A stretch of DNA of 64,000 nt from Octopus bimaculoides (taxonomy: Eukaryota), in assembly GCF_001194135.2 (NCBI RefSeq), contig NC_068983.1, forward strand, positions 42,769,336 to 42,833,335. The letters run 5' to 3'. Numbering within the stretch: position 1 is the stretch's first letter; each line of letters opens with the position of its first letter. The position numbers were made by a program, and so were the translations under genes. This document shows positions 26,171 through 39,489 of this stretch, piece by piece. Under the pieces are notes generated by a model. It was given only the letters and a program-made list of their open reading frames with translations, had not been told where the DNA came from and searched no databases.

Positions 26171-26354
26171 CTGTGTTTGTCCCCCCACCATCGCTTGACA
26201 ATCGATGCTGGTATGTTTATGTCCCCGTAACTTAGCGGCTCGGCGAAGAGACCGATAGAATAAGTTCTAGGCTTACAAAGAATAAGTCCTGGGGTCAATT
26301 TGCTTGACTAAAGGTGGTGCTCCAGCATGGCCGCAGTCAAATGACTGAAACAAG
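25955..26354 (+). mobile_element. Family D SINE, full length, young
   Basis: Head, body, (TG)n and tail all intact; CpGs mostly retained. Confidence 0.92.
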
Positions 26355-26954
26355 ATATATATATATATATTGTTATATGAGCTTCTCTCAGTTTCTATCA
26401 ATCAAATCTACTCACAAGATTGTTTGGCCTAGGGCTATAGTAGAGAACATTTGCTCAGGGTTCCATGTGGTGAAACTGAAGCCAAAATTATGTGGTTGGG
26501 AAGCAAACTTTAACTATATACCTAGACCGATAAATAATTTTTATTACCACTAATTTGCCATTAATTATACTTTGCAGCTGTAGGTTTATTTCTGTTAATT
26601 CTTGGAGCTAAGGTCATATGTATCATATTGTATCCACCTTCATTAAGTAGAATAGAGATTTAGTAAAACAGATACCAGAGTGTCCTCAACTGTTTTATAA
26701 GCTGTTGTAATAAATAAGGTTAATTACTTCAATGAAATATGGTTTACGACATATAACTTCTCCCATACTGTCTTGTATTCTTTCCATCTGCATTTATTTC
26801 TTTATCTTTTAGTCCAGAGAAAAGATTGTACCTATAGAGTGTTCAGGCTAAATTTGATTCCAGCATGGCCCCAGTCAAATGACTGAAACAATTAAAAGAA
26901 TATATCAAAAAATAAAAGTATTTAAAAAAAAAAAAAGAAATATAAACTATAGGC

Positions 26955-27052
26955 ACTGGCATGGTTGTGCGATAAGAAGCTTGCCTCCCAACCACATGGT
27001 TCCAGGTTCAGTCCCACTGTGTGGCATCTTGGGCAGGTGTTTNNNNNNNNNN

Positions 27053-27084
<32 letters not shown>

Positions 27085-27285
27085 TTGTGTGTCTGTGTTT
27101 GGCCCCCTACCATTGTTTGACAACCAATGTTGGTGTGTTTATGTCCCTGTAACCTAGCAGTTTGGCAAAAGAGACTGATAGAATAAGTACTAGGCTTGCC
27201 AGGAATAAGTCCGGGGGTCAATTTGTTTGACTAAAGCTGGTGCTCCAGCATGGCTGCAGTCAAATGATTGAAACAACTAAAAGAA
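26955..27285 (+). mobile_element. Family D SINE spanning a 10-N gap
   Basis: Head before and tail after the gap at 27043-27052. Confidence 0.8.
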
Positions 27286-27589
27286 TAGATTATGACTGGG
27301 AGATAACCATTTACTCAAAGAAGCTGTTCTCAGCTTTCACCACAGCCTCAAGACAGCTTCAGAACCTGGTACATGCATTTCTCACTACATCCCTAGGAAG
27401 ATCTTGACACACCTTGATCTTGGCCACTAGCTTGGCTTTGATGTTACAGGCAGAGTAATCCAGGAGATTAATTCTACTGTCTAAATAGGCCATAGCATGA
27501 TTTGAACTCTGAATGCAAAGATCCAGAACAATTACTGCAAGGAATCCAGTCCAACATTCTTAGTTCTACCCTAGATGGATGACTGGCCT

Positions 27590-27845
27590 TTTTCATCCCC
27601 ATGCTGATAGCACATAAAAAGCATCATCCAAACATAGCCGATGCCAGTGCCACCTAACTGGCTCTCGTGCCAGCGGCACGTAAAAAGCACCCACTACACT
27701 TTCGGAGTGGTTGGCATTAGGAAGGAACATTGCCAGATCAGAATGGAGCCTGGTGCAGCCTCCTGGCTTGCCAGTCTTCAGTCAAATTGTCCAACCCATG
27801 CCAGCATGGAAAGCGGAGGTCAAGCAATGATGATGATGATGATGA
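27590..27845 (+). mobile_element. Family A copy (member of a duplicated segment)
   Basis: Shares diagnostic variants and 3' flank with 30023-30406. Confidence 0.85.
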
Positions 27846-29904
27846 GTAAAATTTATAAAAGAAACGTTGTAGAAAGCAAAACAACTGAGTAAGTAATTGG
27901 TATGGATTTTTTTGTTCTTTTTCTTCCTAGAAAGGATGTTAATTTTTAAATATTTTAAAGTCTGTTTTATGCCAATCTTTGGTTGAGAGTATTGCAGAGA
28001 TACTAACTTAACCACCCACACTTGCTGTGCTTAGACTGTCTCCAGAATTAAGTGCCTAACTCCAAATACACTTACCCCTCTCCACTCATGGATGAACCAT
28101 GAAGGAAAGACAAGTCAATATGTTTGTAGCATCCATGGCACCAGCAGAGGATGCCAGGTATTGGTAAGTGTGATTATATATATCCATCTTAGGGACCCTC
28201 TTTTCAGGTTTTCTGAAGTGGTTTACTTTCTTACCCTATTCTAAATGCTCAGTGAATTATTCCACAAAACAGCAGGGGTTTATTATAGAGGGTGTAGTTT
28301 GTGCACAGCCAGTTCCACTTTTTCTGTCCTTCAAACTCATATTGGTCTGGTGCAACGAACCCAATGGTTATCAAGTTATAGGATTTGTACGGAGTTAGCT
28401 TGTCTTAGATGAGTTACCTTCTCTTAGATGGGTCTTAGATGAGAGGCTAAAGAGCTGCAGGACTTCATGGGACCTGGATCAATTGGAGTGTCTGTGAGCA
28501 ACCTTCTTTAATGACAAGCGAATTAACTTATTGTTGAGACTCTAACCAGTACAATTACTGAGCCAGGTTAGATTTGGGAACAATAGCGAGTAAGAAGTGG
28601 TTACACATTCCTCAAAACCCTGAGACTTCTTAAACAGCCCACCCCCACTGCCACTACCAGATGCACTTTAAAACCAGACCCAGGACAAATTGATACTGAA
28701 TCGTCAATCCTGTTTTTTTTTTTTTTTTGCTAATAACCCTGAAAGGATGAAATGCAGCATTGACCTCAGAGGGCTTTGAACTCAAGCATATTTACATGAC
28801 AGACAGTTGCACATTCTAATTTACCTTGAAATATGATACTGAGCACACCTGCGGTTTTCTTTAATAGCTTACACTAATAATCAATTCCATGAATCTGAAC
28901 ACCATTTAACAGAGATAATAAAGAGATGAAAAGCTTGTTAGATTTTCTAAATGTATTTAAAGTTTATTTTACAATTAATGAAACAGTAATAAAAGATAAA
29001 TTGGTAGACTTCAATGAATTAATTAATATTGTATGTACTTTTTATCTTATTTTTACATGGCATTTTCATCCACTATCCATTAAGTATCCCAAAATATGCT
29101 TACAAATTTCTCATTAGTTAAACAGACAGTCTTGCGCATTCTCTCATTCTTGCAGGCAAAATTTGAAGTTGGTTAATTTCTTCCGGCATTATTTATAGGA
29201 GATTTTAAGATAGTGATCTCACAGAATTGCTAATGTGTTAGACAAAATACTGAGTGGCATATTTTTTGGCTCTTTACATTCCGAGTTCAAATCTCACCAT
29301 GGACAAATTTGTCTTTCATCCTTTTGGATCCTATGAAATAAAGTACTGACTTACTCTTCTCTGAAAATGTCAGGCCTTAGAAGCTTGCTTCCCAACCACA
29401 CGATACCAGGTTCAATCTCACTGTATGGCACCTTGGATGATTGTCTTCTACTATAGTGCTGGGCCGACTAAAACCTTTTGAGTAAATGTGATCGACAAAA
29501 ATTGAAAGTGTGTGTGTATGTGTTATGTTTGTCCAAGGCCTTTTACTAAGTTGGTAGCATGTAATTTGAGCAAGATTTAGCTGTTATTTTTAACAGGCCC
29601 AGAAGCTTGTTAGCTCAGTCAGCACAACCGTTTGTAGTCAGTATCATTAGAACATGTGTGAGAGTTGTCTGGTTTTAATAAAAAAAGTTAAAATACCAAA
29701 AACATATCCTTCCTCTTCCTTTGGGATGGGGGGAGGTGGTTAATCTGAAAACAATATTGATCTTTCCTAATCTTCTTAATGTCATTATTCTATTAAGCAA
29801 TTAATTAGTCATTAGTAGTTGAAACTGTGTTGTAATCTACTTAGAATCCAAAATGTTTAATTACTTATACAAATTCAAAATCACAATCAGAATCTCAATC
29901 AAAT

Positions 29905-30278
29905 CAAAAATGGAAATTGTAGTTGTGACCAATGCCAGTGCCACTTGACTGGCTCCCGTGCTGGTGGCACACAGTAAGCACCATTCATGCATGGATCATT
30001 GTCAGTACTGCCTGACTGGCTCCCCATGCTGATAGCACATAAAAAGCATCATTCAAGCATGGTCGATGTCAGTGCCACCTGACTGGCTCTCATGCCAGTG
30101 GCACGTAAAAAGCACCCACTACACTCTCGGAGTAGTTGGAATTAGGAAGGGCATTCAGCTGTAGAAACATTGCCAGATCAGACTGGAGCCTGGTGCAGCC
30201 TCCTGGCTTGCCAGTCTTCAGTCAAATTGTCCAACCCATGCCAGCATGGAAAGCGAACGTTAAGCAATGATGATGAAG
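29905..30278 (+). mobile_element. Family A copy with ~3 internal ~66-bp units
   Basis: Repeated gccagtgcc.c.tgactggctc..gtgc.ggtggcac.t.aaaagcac units precede the common 3' end. Confidence 0.85.
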
Positions 30279-30469
30279 AGTAAAATTTATAAAAGAAACA
30301 TTGTAGAAAGCGAAACAACTGAGCAAGTAATTGGTATGGATTTCTTTGTTCTTTTTCTTCCTGGAAAGGATGTTAATTTTTAAATATTTTAAAGTCTGTT
30401 TTATGCCTATTCATCTCTCATGCTATTTTTGGCTGGTGTTTCACAAACTTAATTTGCATTCCATCAGTT

Positions 30470-30975
30470 GTAAAGATGAGGGTTCCAGTTGATCCAATCA
30501 ACAGAACAGCCTGCTCTTGAAATTAACGTGGAAGTGGCTGAGCACTCCACTGACACACATATCCTTAACCCTTTTGATACCAACCCGGCTGAAATCGCCT
30601 CTGGCTTTGTACTACAAATGTCTTTTTTTTCAGAAGTTCTGAATTAAAATCTTTCACCAAACCATAGTCGCAACTTATATTCCTAACACTAGCTTAAAGA
30701 TAATTAAGTTATTTTACTAAATTCTTTGTTATATTTAAAATTAATTGAAAGAAACAAGGTATCTCAACAGAAATATGGTAACAAAAGGGTTGAAGTAGTT
30801 CTCAGGGAGATTCAACAAGACAGTGAATGTGACAAGGCTGACTCTTTAAAATACAGCTACAACTCATTTTTGCCAGATGAGTAGACTGGAGCAATGTGAA
30901 ATAAAATGTCATGTTGAAGGACACAATATGCTGCCAGGAATTGGACTCAACTTTACAATCATGACCCAGATACCT
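30470..30975 (-). mobile_element. Family F SINE interrupted by a piggyBac-like MITE
   Basis: F sequence resumes (gtagttctcaggg) after the MITE, which is inserted at the cccTTAAcgtag site. Confidence 0.75.
30569..30789. mobile_element. piggyBac-like MITE (second family)
   Basis: TTAA-CCCTTTTGATACCA ... TGGTAACAAAAGGG-TTGA; TIR 13/14. Confidence 0.8.
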
Positions 30976-33114
30976 TATTGCTTGATTGGCATTTTATGGT
31001 GTCCTTTTTACAGACAGTTATACTTCAGCTCCAAGATAGAATTGTTTAAAACAGTCCCACTTGCACAAATTGTAAGACAGATATAATCCTGGCAGCTGGA
31101 ACAATAAAGGAGATTAGCAGCAGTACAAGGTCTCTGGCTATAGCTTTTGTCACACTAGTCCTTTTACGGTTGCTGTATAGAGTTAAAAGTTGGTAAACAA
31201 GTGGGGTTGATAGACAGACAAGGAAGCACATCATCATTTAACGACTGTTTACCATGCTGGCATGGGTTGGATGGTTTGACATGAGCTGGCAAGGCCAAGA
31301 GCTGCACCAGGTTCTATTGTCTGTTTTGCACTGGTTTCCACAGCTAGATGCTCCTCCTAATGCCAACCACTTTAGAGAGTGTAATGAATCTTATTACATG
31401 ACACCATTACCAGTGATTTTTACGTAGCACCAGAGAGAGAGAGAGAGAGAGAAAACTATTAGAATGTTAGACAAAAAACTTAGTAGTATTTCTATTGGCT
31501 CTTTATGTTCTGAGTTCAAATCTGGCCAATGTTAGCTTTGCCTTTCATCTCTTCAAAATTGATAAAATAAAATACCAGTCATGTACTGGTAGCATATGTG
31601 TATCTGTATGCATGTGAAAGTGTTTATGTATTCATGTGTGTCAGTGTGTGTATGTTTGTTCATGTATGTGTATATGCATTGATGCATACACACAAATGTA
31701 TGGTGGTTCATCAGTTACAATGTTACACTATTTCTTCCAGCTCTTTATGTTTTGGGTTCAAGTCCAGCCAAGGCCAATTTGGTCTTTCATTTTTTCAAAG
31801 TCAATCAAATACTAGGAGTATGTAATTGTATGCGTATGAATGTGCTTATGTCTTCATATTTGTATTTATGGTTCTGTATTTATGTGTGTGTGTGTGTGTG
31901 TCGCTCATGCAGGCAGACAAAAATAAGGTCGTACAACAGTTGGAATAATATTTTCCTTGCATTGAGATCTTTCAAAAATCACTTTTTAGTCACAAGCATT
32001 TTGCTTTGGCATCCTAACAGAGGAATATTTCAATTAATTTTCCATTGGTTCTGAAAACCAGTGACCATGTTCATTAACCATTCCAAGACATTATTCGGTT
32101 CATGTGGAATTTAGATTACTAAAACTAATTTAATACCTCCAGACTGATTTCCATGTATCCCATGTATTGTTCAGATAAACTTGCTCCATAGTCATTAAGT
32201 CAGTTTGAATCTCATTACACTTTGTAACCGAGGTTAATTACATCTTGCTGTCAATGCCTACAGACCAAAGTAGATATCTACTTCAATCTCTACCACCACC
32301 ATTCTTTAATTTGCTTTGTTTCTCTTCTGCATCTTTCAGTTCATTTAACATTGGTAATGTCTGAGAAATTCATGAGTATTATTCAACCTTAGTTTGCTGT
32401 CCTTTGGTTAGAAACATGGTATTTTACAGCATACAAGTCGAATTCTTCAAACCAAAATTTGCAGTCAAAAAACAAAAAGGGAGATTGCATTAAAAAGAGT
32501 ATCCAACTGAAAAACCTGCTTTAATATTCCTGTAACTCATTCTAGCATAGAAAAACAGGCATAAAACAAACAAATGAACTCCTTACATGTATATCATACT
32601 TGTATATGACCTACATGTTTACATGTATAAAAATAGACTGGCACTCACTTGGTCACAGCAAGGAGTGTTTCCAGTTGGCCTGATCAACGGGACAGCCTGC
32701 ATGTGAAATTAACATGTAAGTGGTTTGAGCACTCCACAGACATGTAAACCCTTAATTAGTTCTCAAGGAGAGCCAGTGTGACACAGAATGTAATGAGCCT
32801 GGGTTGGCCCTTTGAAACACTAGTAAACTAAGTAAAATCGCTGTCATCCATACATACAGACTTGTCCTTTACAGGTGCCAGTGTCACATAAAATGCACTT
32901 GTGCTAGTGCTGCATAAACACACTTGTGCTGTTGGCATGCAAGAAGTCCTCTGTTACTTATTCTATCAGTCTCTTTTTGTTATACTGCTAAGTTATACGG
33001 ATATAAACAGAGTAACACTAATTGTCAAGTGGTGGTGGTGGTGGTGGTGGTGGTGACGACATGGACAAACACACACACATGCATCTCTCTCTCTCTCTCA
33101 TATAAAAATATATC

Positions 33115-33390
33115 ATTTAACATCCGTGTTCCATGTTAGCAGGAGTTGGACAGTTTGACAGCAGCTGGCATGCCAGAGAGCTGCACCAGGCTCCAATTGT
33201 CTCTTTTTGCAGGGCTTTTATAGCTGGATGCCCTTCCTAATGCCAGCCACTTTACGGAGTGTACCAGATACTCTTTACATGCCACTAGCAAGGGTGCTTT
33301 TTGCATACCGCTAGCACAGGTGCTTTTTTATGTGGTGCTGGTACAGGTACTTTTGATGTAGTGCCAGCACAGATAGCGCCAGCATGGACA
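33115..33390 (-). mobile_element. Family A-type copy
   Basis: catttaacatccgtgttccatgttagcagg...gctggatgcccttcctaatgccagccac; similar decayed copies at ~19905-20120, 31230-31430, 36400-36700. Confidence 0.7.
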
Positions 33391-33724
33391 GTGCCAAAAA
33401 CATAAAATCAATTTCAGTAACTGATTGGTGTATTAGTTTACTGATCTTAGAAGTATGAATAGTAAAGCTGACCTCAGTAGGAATTGAGCTGAGAATGTAA
33501 AGTGGTGCAAGTAAACACTACAGACATTTTGTCCAATGTGTTTACCAAATGTAGCAATTTACCATTGTTGCGATGGTGATGGAGTCAGCATCAAGTCTGA
33601 GTAAGTTTAGGTCATTGTCTGTTGGAAAAACAAAGGAGTCAGTCCAAATGCATTATGTCCAGTTTCCATCCATTCTATCTATTGTGACTATTTCTTATCA
33701 CACACACACACACACACACATATA

Positions 33725-33764
<40 letters not shown>

Positions 33765-33800
33765 CATACATACACATATGTATATGTATTTATTTATTTA

Positions 33801-34029
33801 TTATTGTGTCTGGGGAAAGTCTCTTTTAATGCCTTATTAACACTCACGAGTTCGATTTCCACTCATTTATTCATTTTTTTATAAACTTTTCAACTAAAAA
33901 CAACTATTGAAAAGGTTGCAAGATGCAACGAAAATTTTTAAAAACAATTTAGTAAATGAGTGGAAATCGAACCAGTGAGTGTGTTAAGTAATAAGGCACT
34001 AAAAGAGAATGACTCTTCCCAGACAATAA
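33801..34029. repeat. Foldback with ~70-bp inverted arms
   Basis: ttattgtgtctggggaaagtctcttttaatgccttattaacactcacgagttcgatttccactcattta / taaatgagtggaaatcgaaccagtgagtgtg...cccagacaataa. Confidence 0.8.
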
Positions 34030-34109
34030 AACATGCTTCAACACACAAATTCACATAAAGAAACTTGTAAACAAATTACAAAAAACTATGAAATATATAT
34101 ATGTATTCA

Positions 34110-34480
34110 TTCAATTATTTGATTGCTTGGTTCCGTTAGACTGTGGCCATGCTGGGGTACCATCCTGAATTTTAGTTAAATGAATCAACCCCATTACTGA
34201 TTATATTTTAAAGCCTGGTACTTATTCTATCAGTCTCTTCTGCTGAACCACTACATTATGGGGATGTAAACACACCAACATGGGTTTTCAAGTGGTTGTG
34301 TGAGACAAACACACACACATTCAAAGGGCTTCTTTCAGTTTCCGTCAACTAAATCCACTCACAAGGCTTTGGTCGACCCGAGGCTATAGTAGAAGACACT
34401 TGCCCAAGGTGCCACGCAGTGGGACTGAACCTAGAACCATGTGGTTGGGAAGCAAGCTTCTTACCACATAGCCACTCTTG
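34110..34480 (-). mobile_element. Family D SINE, near full length
   Basis: Reverse complement of the family D tail, microsatellite and head. Confidence 0.88.
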
Positions 34481-35124
34481 CACCTTATATATTTGTAATT
34501 ATTGTACAGAAACATATTGTTGGAACAGTCTCAGCATCATTATAAATTATTCAAAACATTTCTATTTTGGAATTCTAAATTTATTTTTTCTTGCTTTATT
34601 CTCATTGCAGATATTCAAAGTAATAAAGAATGGAAGTATGTACAGAATTCTTGGAGACATAAAATATATGTAAGTATATATCTGCAATAATTGGCATCAA
34701 ATGAATAAAACCATAGGTATTTCTGAATAAAAAGAAAGCAATATATTTAACCACTGAAACTAGAATTAGTAATTGATGATAATGATAATTAATAACTTGT
34801 AGGCACATGAAATTTCGTTAAGCAACTATAATATACTATAAAGTATATTAAATATTTTTATAAGTCAACACCATGTCCTACTGTGTTAGCAGTGCTCTTT
34901 ACATTATTTTGTGAAAGTTATTTCTACAGAAATTATAACCAACACTCATTGCTACAAAGTTTCATATCGAGACGTCAGATGTAAACAAACGAGATGTTAG
35001 ACAAAAATTAGGTAATGAATGTATATGCCATATTTCGGGGNNNNNNNNNNGTGTCCTGTCATCAATGAAACACTTTAGCAAAAAAGTTAGTGTTGGCTAT
35101 AATTTCTTTACAAATAACCCTATG

Positions 35125-35174
<50 letters not shown>

Positions 35175-35652
35175 TGTGGTTCAAACTTTGGTACAGGGCC
35201 AGCAGTTTTTTAAGGGAGGGAGAAGCTGATAGCATCAACCCCAGTGTTTAACTGGTACCTACTGATCCCAAAAGGATGAAAGGCAAAGTCAACCCCAGCA
35301 GAATAATAAGTCTTGGTGTAAAAGATGGGTCACAGCAAATATTCTGCTCAATGCTACAGGTTTGCTAGTCAGTTGCTTGACCTTAATCACTAGAGCATGT
35401 CCCTTAGTGGCTGACAATATGTGCATCTCTGATCATGAGCAGAAATAGTGGAGGAACATCATAGCCATGTGTTGAGAGGGGTTCTTTGGGATTTGAACAA
35501 TTCATCTGTGGAAACAAGGGTGTTTCATTCATCATCATTAAACAACCTTTATTCAGAGACCTCTTAAAGTAGGACATGCTACTCAATCTGAAGAAAATTC
35601 TAACTGGGCCCCACCTGCAAGGTCATTTGCTGTTTATCTTGATATATTATAT

Positions 35653-35926
35653 CAGTGGTTCTCAAACTTTTGCGGGCTGCCACTCTCTTGACACCCGGGC
35701 CACATTCCTAGCACCCTACTACCCCAACTAACCATCACAAACATAGACCTCTTTCTGAAGCAAATTCAAAGCAACTGTATTTCACCAATAAAACAACCTA
35801 ATGAACCTATTATTTTGTTGTTTTTACATGAATCACTATTGTATTATCGCCCCACTTTTCTTCAACGCCCCTTGGTACTTTCCACCACCCCCAGGGGCGC
35901 AATACCGCCCACTTTGGGAACCAATG
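35653..35926. mobile_element. hAT (Charlie-like) MITE, same family as 23428-23733
   Basis: CAGTGGTTCTCAAAC...TTTGGGAACCAATG; TSD tattatat / tattagat; shared gccacattcctagc and gcaaattcaaa internal sequence. Confidence 0.82.
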
Positions 35927-37469
35927 TATTAGATCACCATGTCGCACACATAGGGTTGAGATACAGATGCTTAGAATACCTTTATCAGACAGGTAGTCAT
36001 AATGGGTATACTGGGCTTTGTAATTTTGTACCCTAGCATTCCTTTAATGGCATGGGCTGCTCTCTCAATCAATACTAACAGTAATCCTTTATACTATAGG
36101 CACAAGGCCTGCAATTTTGGGAGCGGGTGGGGCTAGTGGGTTATATCAACTCCAGTACTCAATTGATGCCTATTTTCATCAACTCCAAAGAATTTGTAAG
36201 GCTAAGTCAACCCTGGCAGAATTGGGACTCGGAACATAGGGCTGGAAGAAATGCCACTAAGTGTTTGGCCAACAATTTTCCTAGCTCACTACCTTCAGTT
36301 GTTATAACATTAATGCACTTCTTGTAACCATTCCCAGACTCTACAAGGAATAAACCCATAAAATTATACTTTATTCTTTCTCCGTTTTTGTTTAAACATC
36401 ATCATCAACATTGTGTGCATTTCCATGTCATCAAATACCAAGTCAGTCCACATCATTAGTCATTGATCAACTTCTTAGAGTGGTCAGAGGCCAGGTCTTA
36501 TTTGGTATGTTTTCTACAGCTGGATGTCCTTCCTATCACTAACAACTTTATAGGGTGTATTTTATGATGGTACCAGCATTAAGCAGATTGTCTTACTTGC
36601 GACAAGATGAAAGAGTTCTCTCTGCCATGTGCTGTTTCTGTTCATTCAGCAACTACAGAATGTGCCGAGTGCATTTTCTCATGGCACCAGCACAAGAGAG
36701 GTTATCTTGTCCCTAGCAAGACTAAAAAGTCTTTACCTTTTGTCTCTATCTATTCCCCAACACCAGAGGGTTGTCTTCAACAAAAAGAAGACAGTAATGA
36801 AAGAATAGTCAGCATTAGAGCACAGGGTGTGTGTGTGTGAGAGAGAGAGAGAGAAAGAAAGAGAGAGAGAGAGAGAGAGAAAGAGAGATAGAGAAAGAAA
36901 GAGAGAGAGAGAGAGAGATGGATAGCAACAATGAGTCAATGTGAAAAAGAATGACGGTAAAGGAGTGATGAGTGTCAATAGCAAGCAACAGGGGAGGAAG
37001 TAAAAGAGGGGAAGGAAGAAAGGTAGAGAGAGAAAGAGAGAAAGACAGCTAACAATAAATATGGGGTAATGGTAAAATGAGTAAAGAGAGGAACTGAATA
37101 TAGACAGATTCAATGGAATGGCAGCCCTCTTTATACAAGCAGTAAGATGGGAGAGAGATTGGATGATAGTAAGGAAGTACATAGAGAAGAGAGAGCAATT
37201 CATATGAACATGATGGTCAGGAGACACACAAGTGAAGATGATACGCATTCCAATCTCCATCGCCATCAATAATTTATATTTGTTCCACCCCCCACCCCCC
37301 GTGCTTGCAGTAGCTTCTCTTCAATGCAGTGCTTATATAAACAAAGCAGAAATAATTAAATTTTACAATGATTAATAATTGTTTTATTTTAGTGAGAAGG
37401 CTGTTTGAATTTTTCAACAGTCGCTTGAGCTTTGTATCAGTTAAAATGTCTAAAAATCCCCCAAGAACA

Positions 37470-38030
37470 GGTGCAGGTGTGGTAAGAAGCTTGCTTCCCA
37501 ATTGCATGGTTCTGGGTTCAGTCCCACAGCATGGAACTTTGGGCAAGTGTGAGTGGATTTGGTAGACAGAAACTGAAAGGCGGCGAGCTGGCAGAAATGC
37601 TAACACACCAGGCGAAATGCTTAGCGGTATTTCGTCTGCCGTTACATTCTGAGCTCAAATTCCGCTAAGGTCGACTTTACCTTTCATTCTTTCGGGGTCG
37701 ATAAATTAAGTACCAGTTACGCACTGGTGTTGATGTAATCGACTTGATCCCTTTGTCTGTGCTTGTTTGTCCCTTCTATGTTTAGCCCCTTGTGAGTAAT
37801 AAAGAAATAAGAAACTGAAAGAGTGTGTATGTGCGTGTGTGTGTGAGACCACAGCTTGACAAGTGTGGATTTGTTTACATCCCCTGTAACTTAGTGGTTC
37901 AGCAGAATGAGTATGACAAATATCAGCCTTAAAAAGAAAAATATGGAGCACGGGTCAATTTGCTCGACTAAAAATTGTTCAAGGCGGTACCCCAGCATGG
38001 CCACAGTCTAATGACTGAAACAAGTAAAAG
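37470..38030 (+). mobile_element. Family D SINE hosting a nested family E SINE
   Basis: D head at 37470-37579; D tail resumes after 37821. Confidence 0.82.
37580..37809 (+). mobile_element. Family E SINE, full length, with 12-bp TSD
   Basis: gcggcgagctggcagaa...ttctgagctcaaattccgc..aggtcgacttt.cctttcat.ctttcggggtcgataaattaagtaccag...ccccttgtgagtaataaagaaata; TSD agaaactgaaag at 37568-79 and 37810-21. Confidence 0.88.
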
Positions 38031-39022
38031 GTAAAAGAAAAATATACCCTGTACTTGGAAGTCATTGGAAACATACCAAAATAGTCTTATGTCCTTCTAA
38101 GGAATCTCAACATGGTTCTTTAAGGGTAAACTTACTGCAAGTAACAGCAGGTTTCCAAATCGTATAAATGGAGGTTTTGAATATTTCTGTTTTCTATAAA
38201 GAATCATACAAGAAAAAAAAAAAAAGGAAAAGGAAAAAACCATGAATTTACAATTCTATTTAGAATTATGAATACAATGGAGCATTCTTTCACTTCTCTC
38301 TGTCATTTCTGACAGCTATCCTGGAGACTCTTACTGAAAAGATATATCACTTCCAGATTCCTCATATATTCCATACAGCCTGCATATAATGATATTCCTG
38401 CTACAGGCCGTTTCTACAGTATTATAGCTCTCATTATATTGCTCAGGATTCCATTTTACATAGACACATTCTCACATAATGAACAAGAAACAAAGAACTA
38501 CTGTTACATGGCATTGCTAGAAATAGAAGTCATATCTCCCTAAAATCACATTTTACAGTCTTAGAAGAAAAAAGAAATGAGAATTAAGTAGCTCTTCTGC
38601 AGCAAGAAACCTGTTCTGCTTTGTTCCCTTATATGTTAACCCCCTCATCTGAGTATAAAGGGCCCCAACTCTGAGTATGCTGCTGCTGCGAAAAGGAAAC
38701 AATTAATGCAGTAATGTAATCGGCATTAGGAAGGGCATCCATCTATTGACACCACGTCAAAACAATGGAGCACAATGTAATCTTTGGAACTGTCAGATCC
38801 TGTGAAACCATTGAATCCATGCTAGCATAGGATATGGATTGTTTAAATAATGATGATGATGGCTACCAATATAGACAAGACCACGAACAATTGATGTTGT
38901 CTTGAGATCACGAACATAATGTTTACCACCCTCCACAAAACCAATAATACATGTATATACAAGTATGTGCAGGAATGCAAGCATTTGTCAGTATGATAGA
39001 TAATGAGAAAATATGGGATTAC

Positions 39023-39119
39023 CATTTTGCTGGCATCATTGTGCACAGTCCGTTGAACTGATTTAACATCATCACCAGGCCCTGGGATGTCATTACCAGA
39101 GACCACTCGATTGCAGATA
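39023..39119 (-). CDS. Candidate internal exon
   Basis: ccttttaag|T ATC TGC...AAA ATG|gtaatc, reading ICNRVVSGNDIPGPGDDVKSVQRTVHNDASKM; phase-compatible with the 49768 donor. Confidence 0.25.
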
Positions 39120-39489
39120 CTTAAAAGGTTATTATAATTTTAATATTGCTTCAGTTGCATACACTGGATTTTTGTTCAGCCTGGCAGCTTTTTGCAACAT
39201 CAGCGAATGGGTTACTCACTGTTTTCTATGTATTAGAGAAGACAAATCTCATCTGAGCATGAGGTTTGCTGTGGGCACATCACTGACAAGGCTCAAAAAA
39301 GCCAAAATGCATGTAGCATATTCACAAGCTGTTGCCATGAAGACTTTTCATCTTCCACTGATATATACTACTGTCTTTTCTTGTTTTATTTTTATATTTT
39401 TAACACAGTATATCAGTAAGAAATTTTATCTCGGATGAAAACCACAGTATCTTGCCTACTCCCCACTACACTACTGGCTGAGGGGACTG

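Noticed and set aside
32300-32362. Possible minus-strand mini-exon TLPMLNELKDAEEKQSKLKN
   Set aside because: Short, weak donor (gtggtg), and expected by chance in 64 kb.
33904-33940. Hammerhead-like ctattga-aaag-gttgc(aagat)gcaac-gaaa
   Set aside because: The first box is CUAUUGA rather than CUGANGA and no stem I/III or cleavage site is evident.
37081-37272. 63-codon open frame (VKRGTEYRQIQWNGSPLY...)
   Set aside because: No start or acceptor; it lies in a purine-rich low-complexity tract that is naturally stop-poor.
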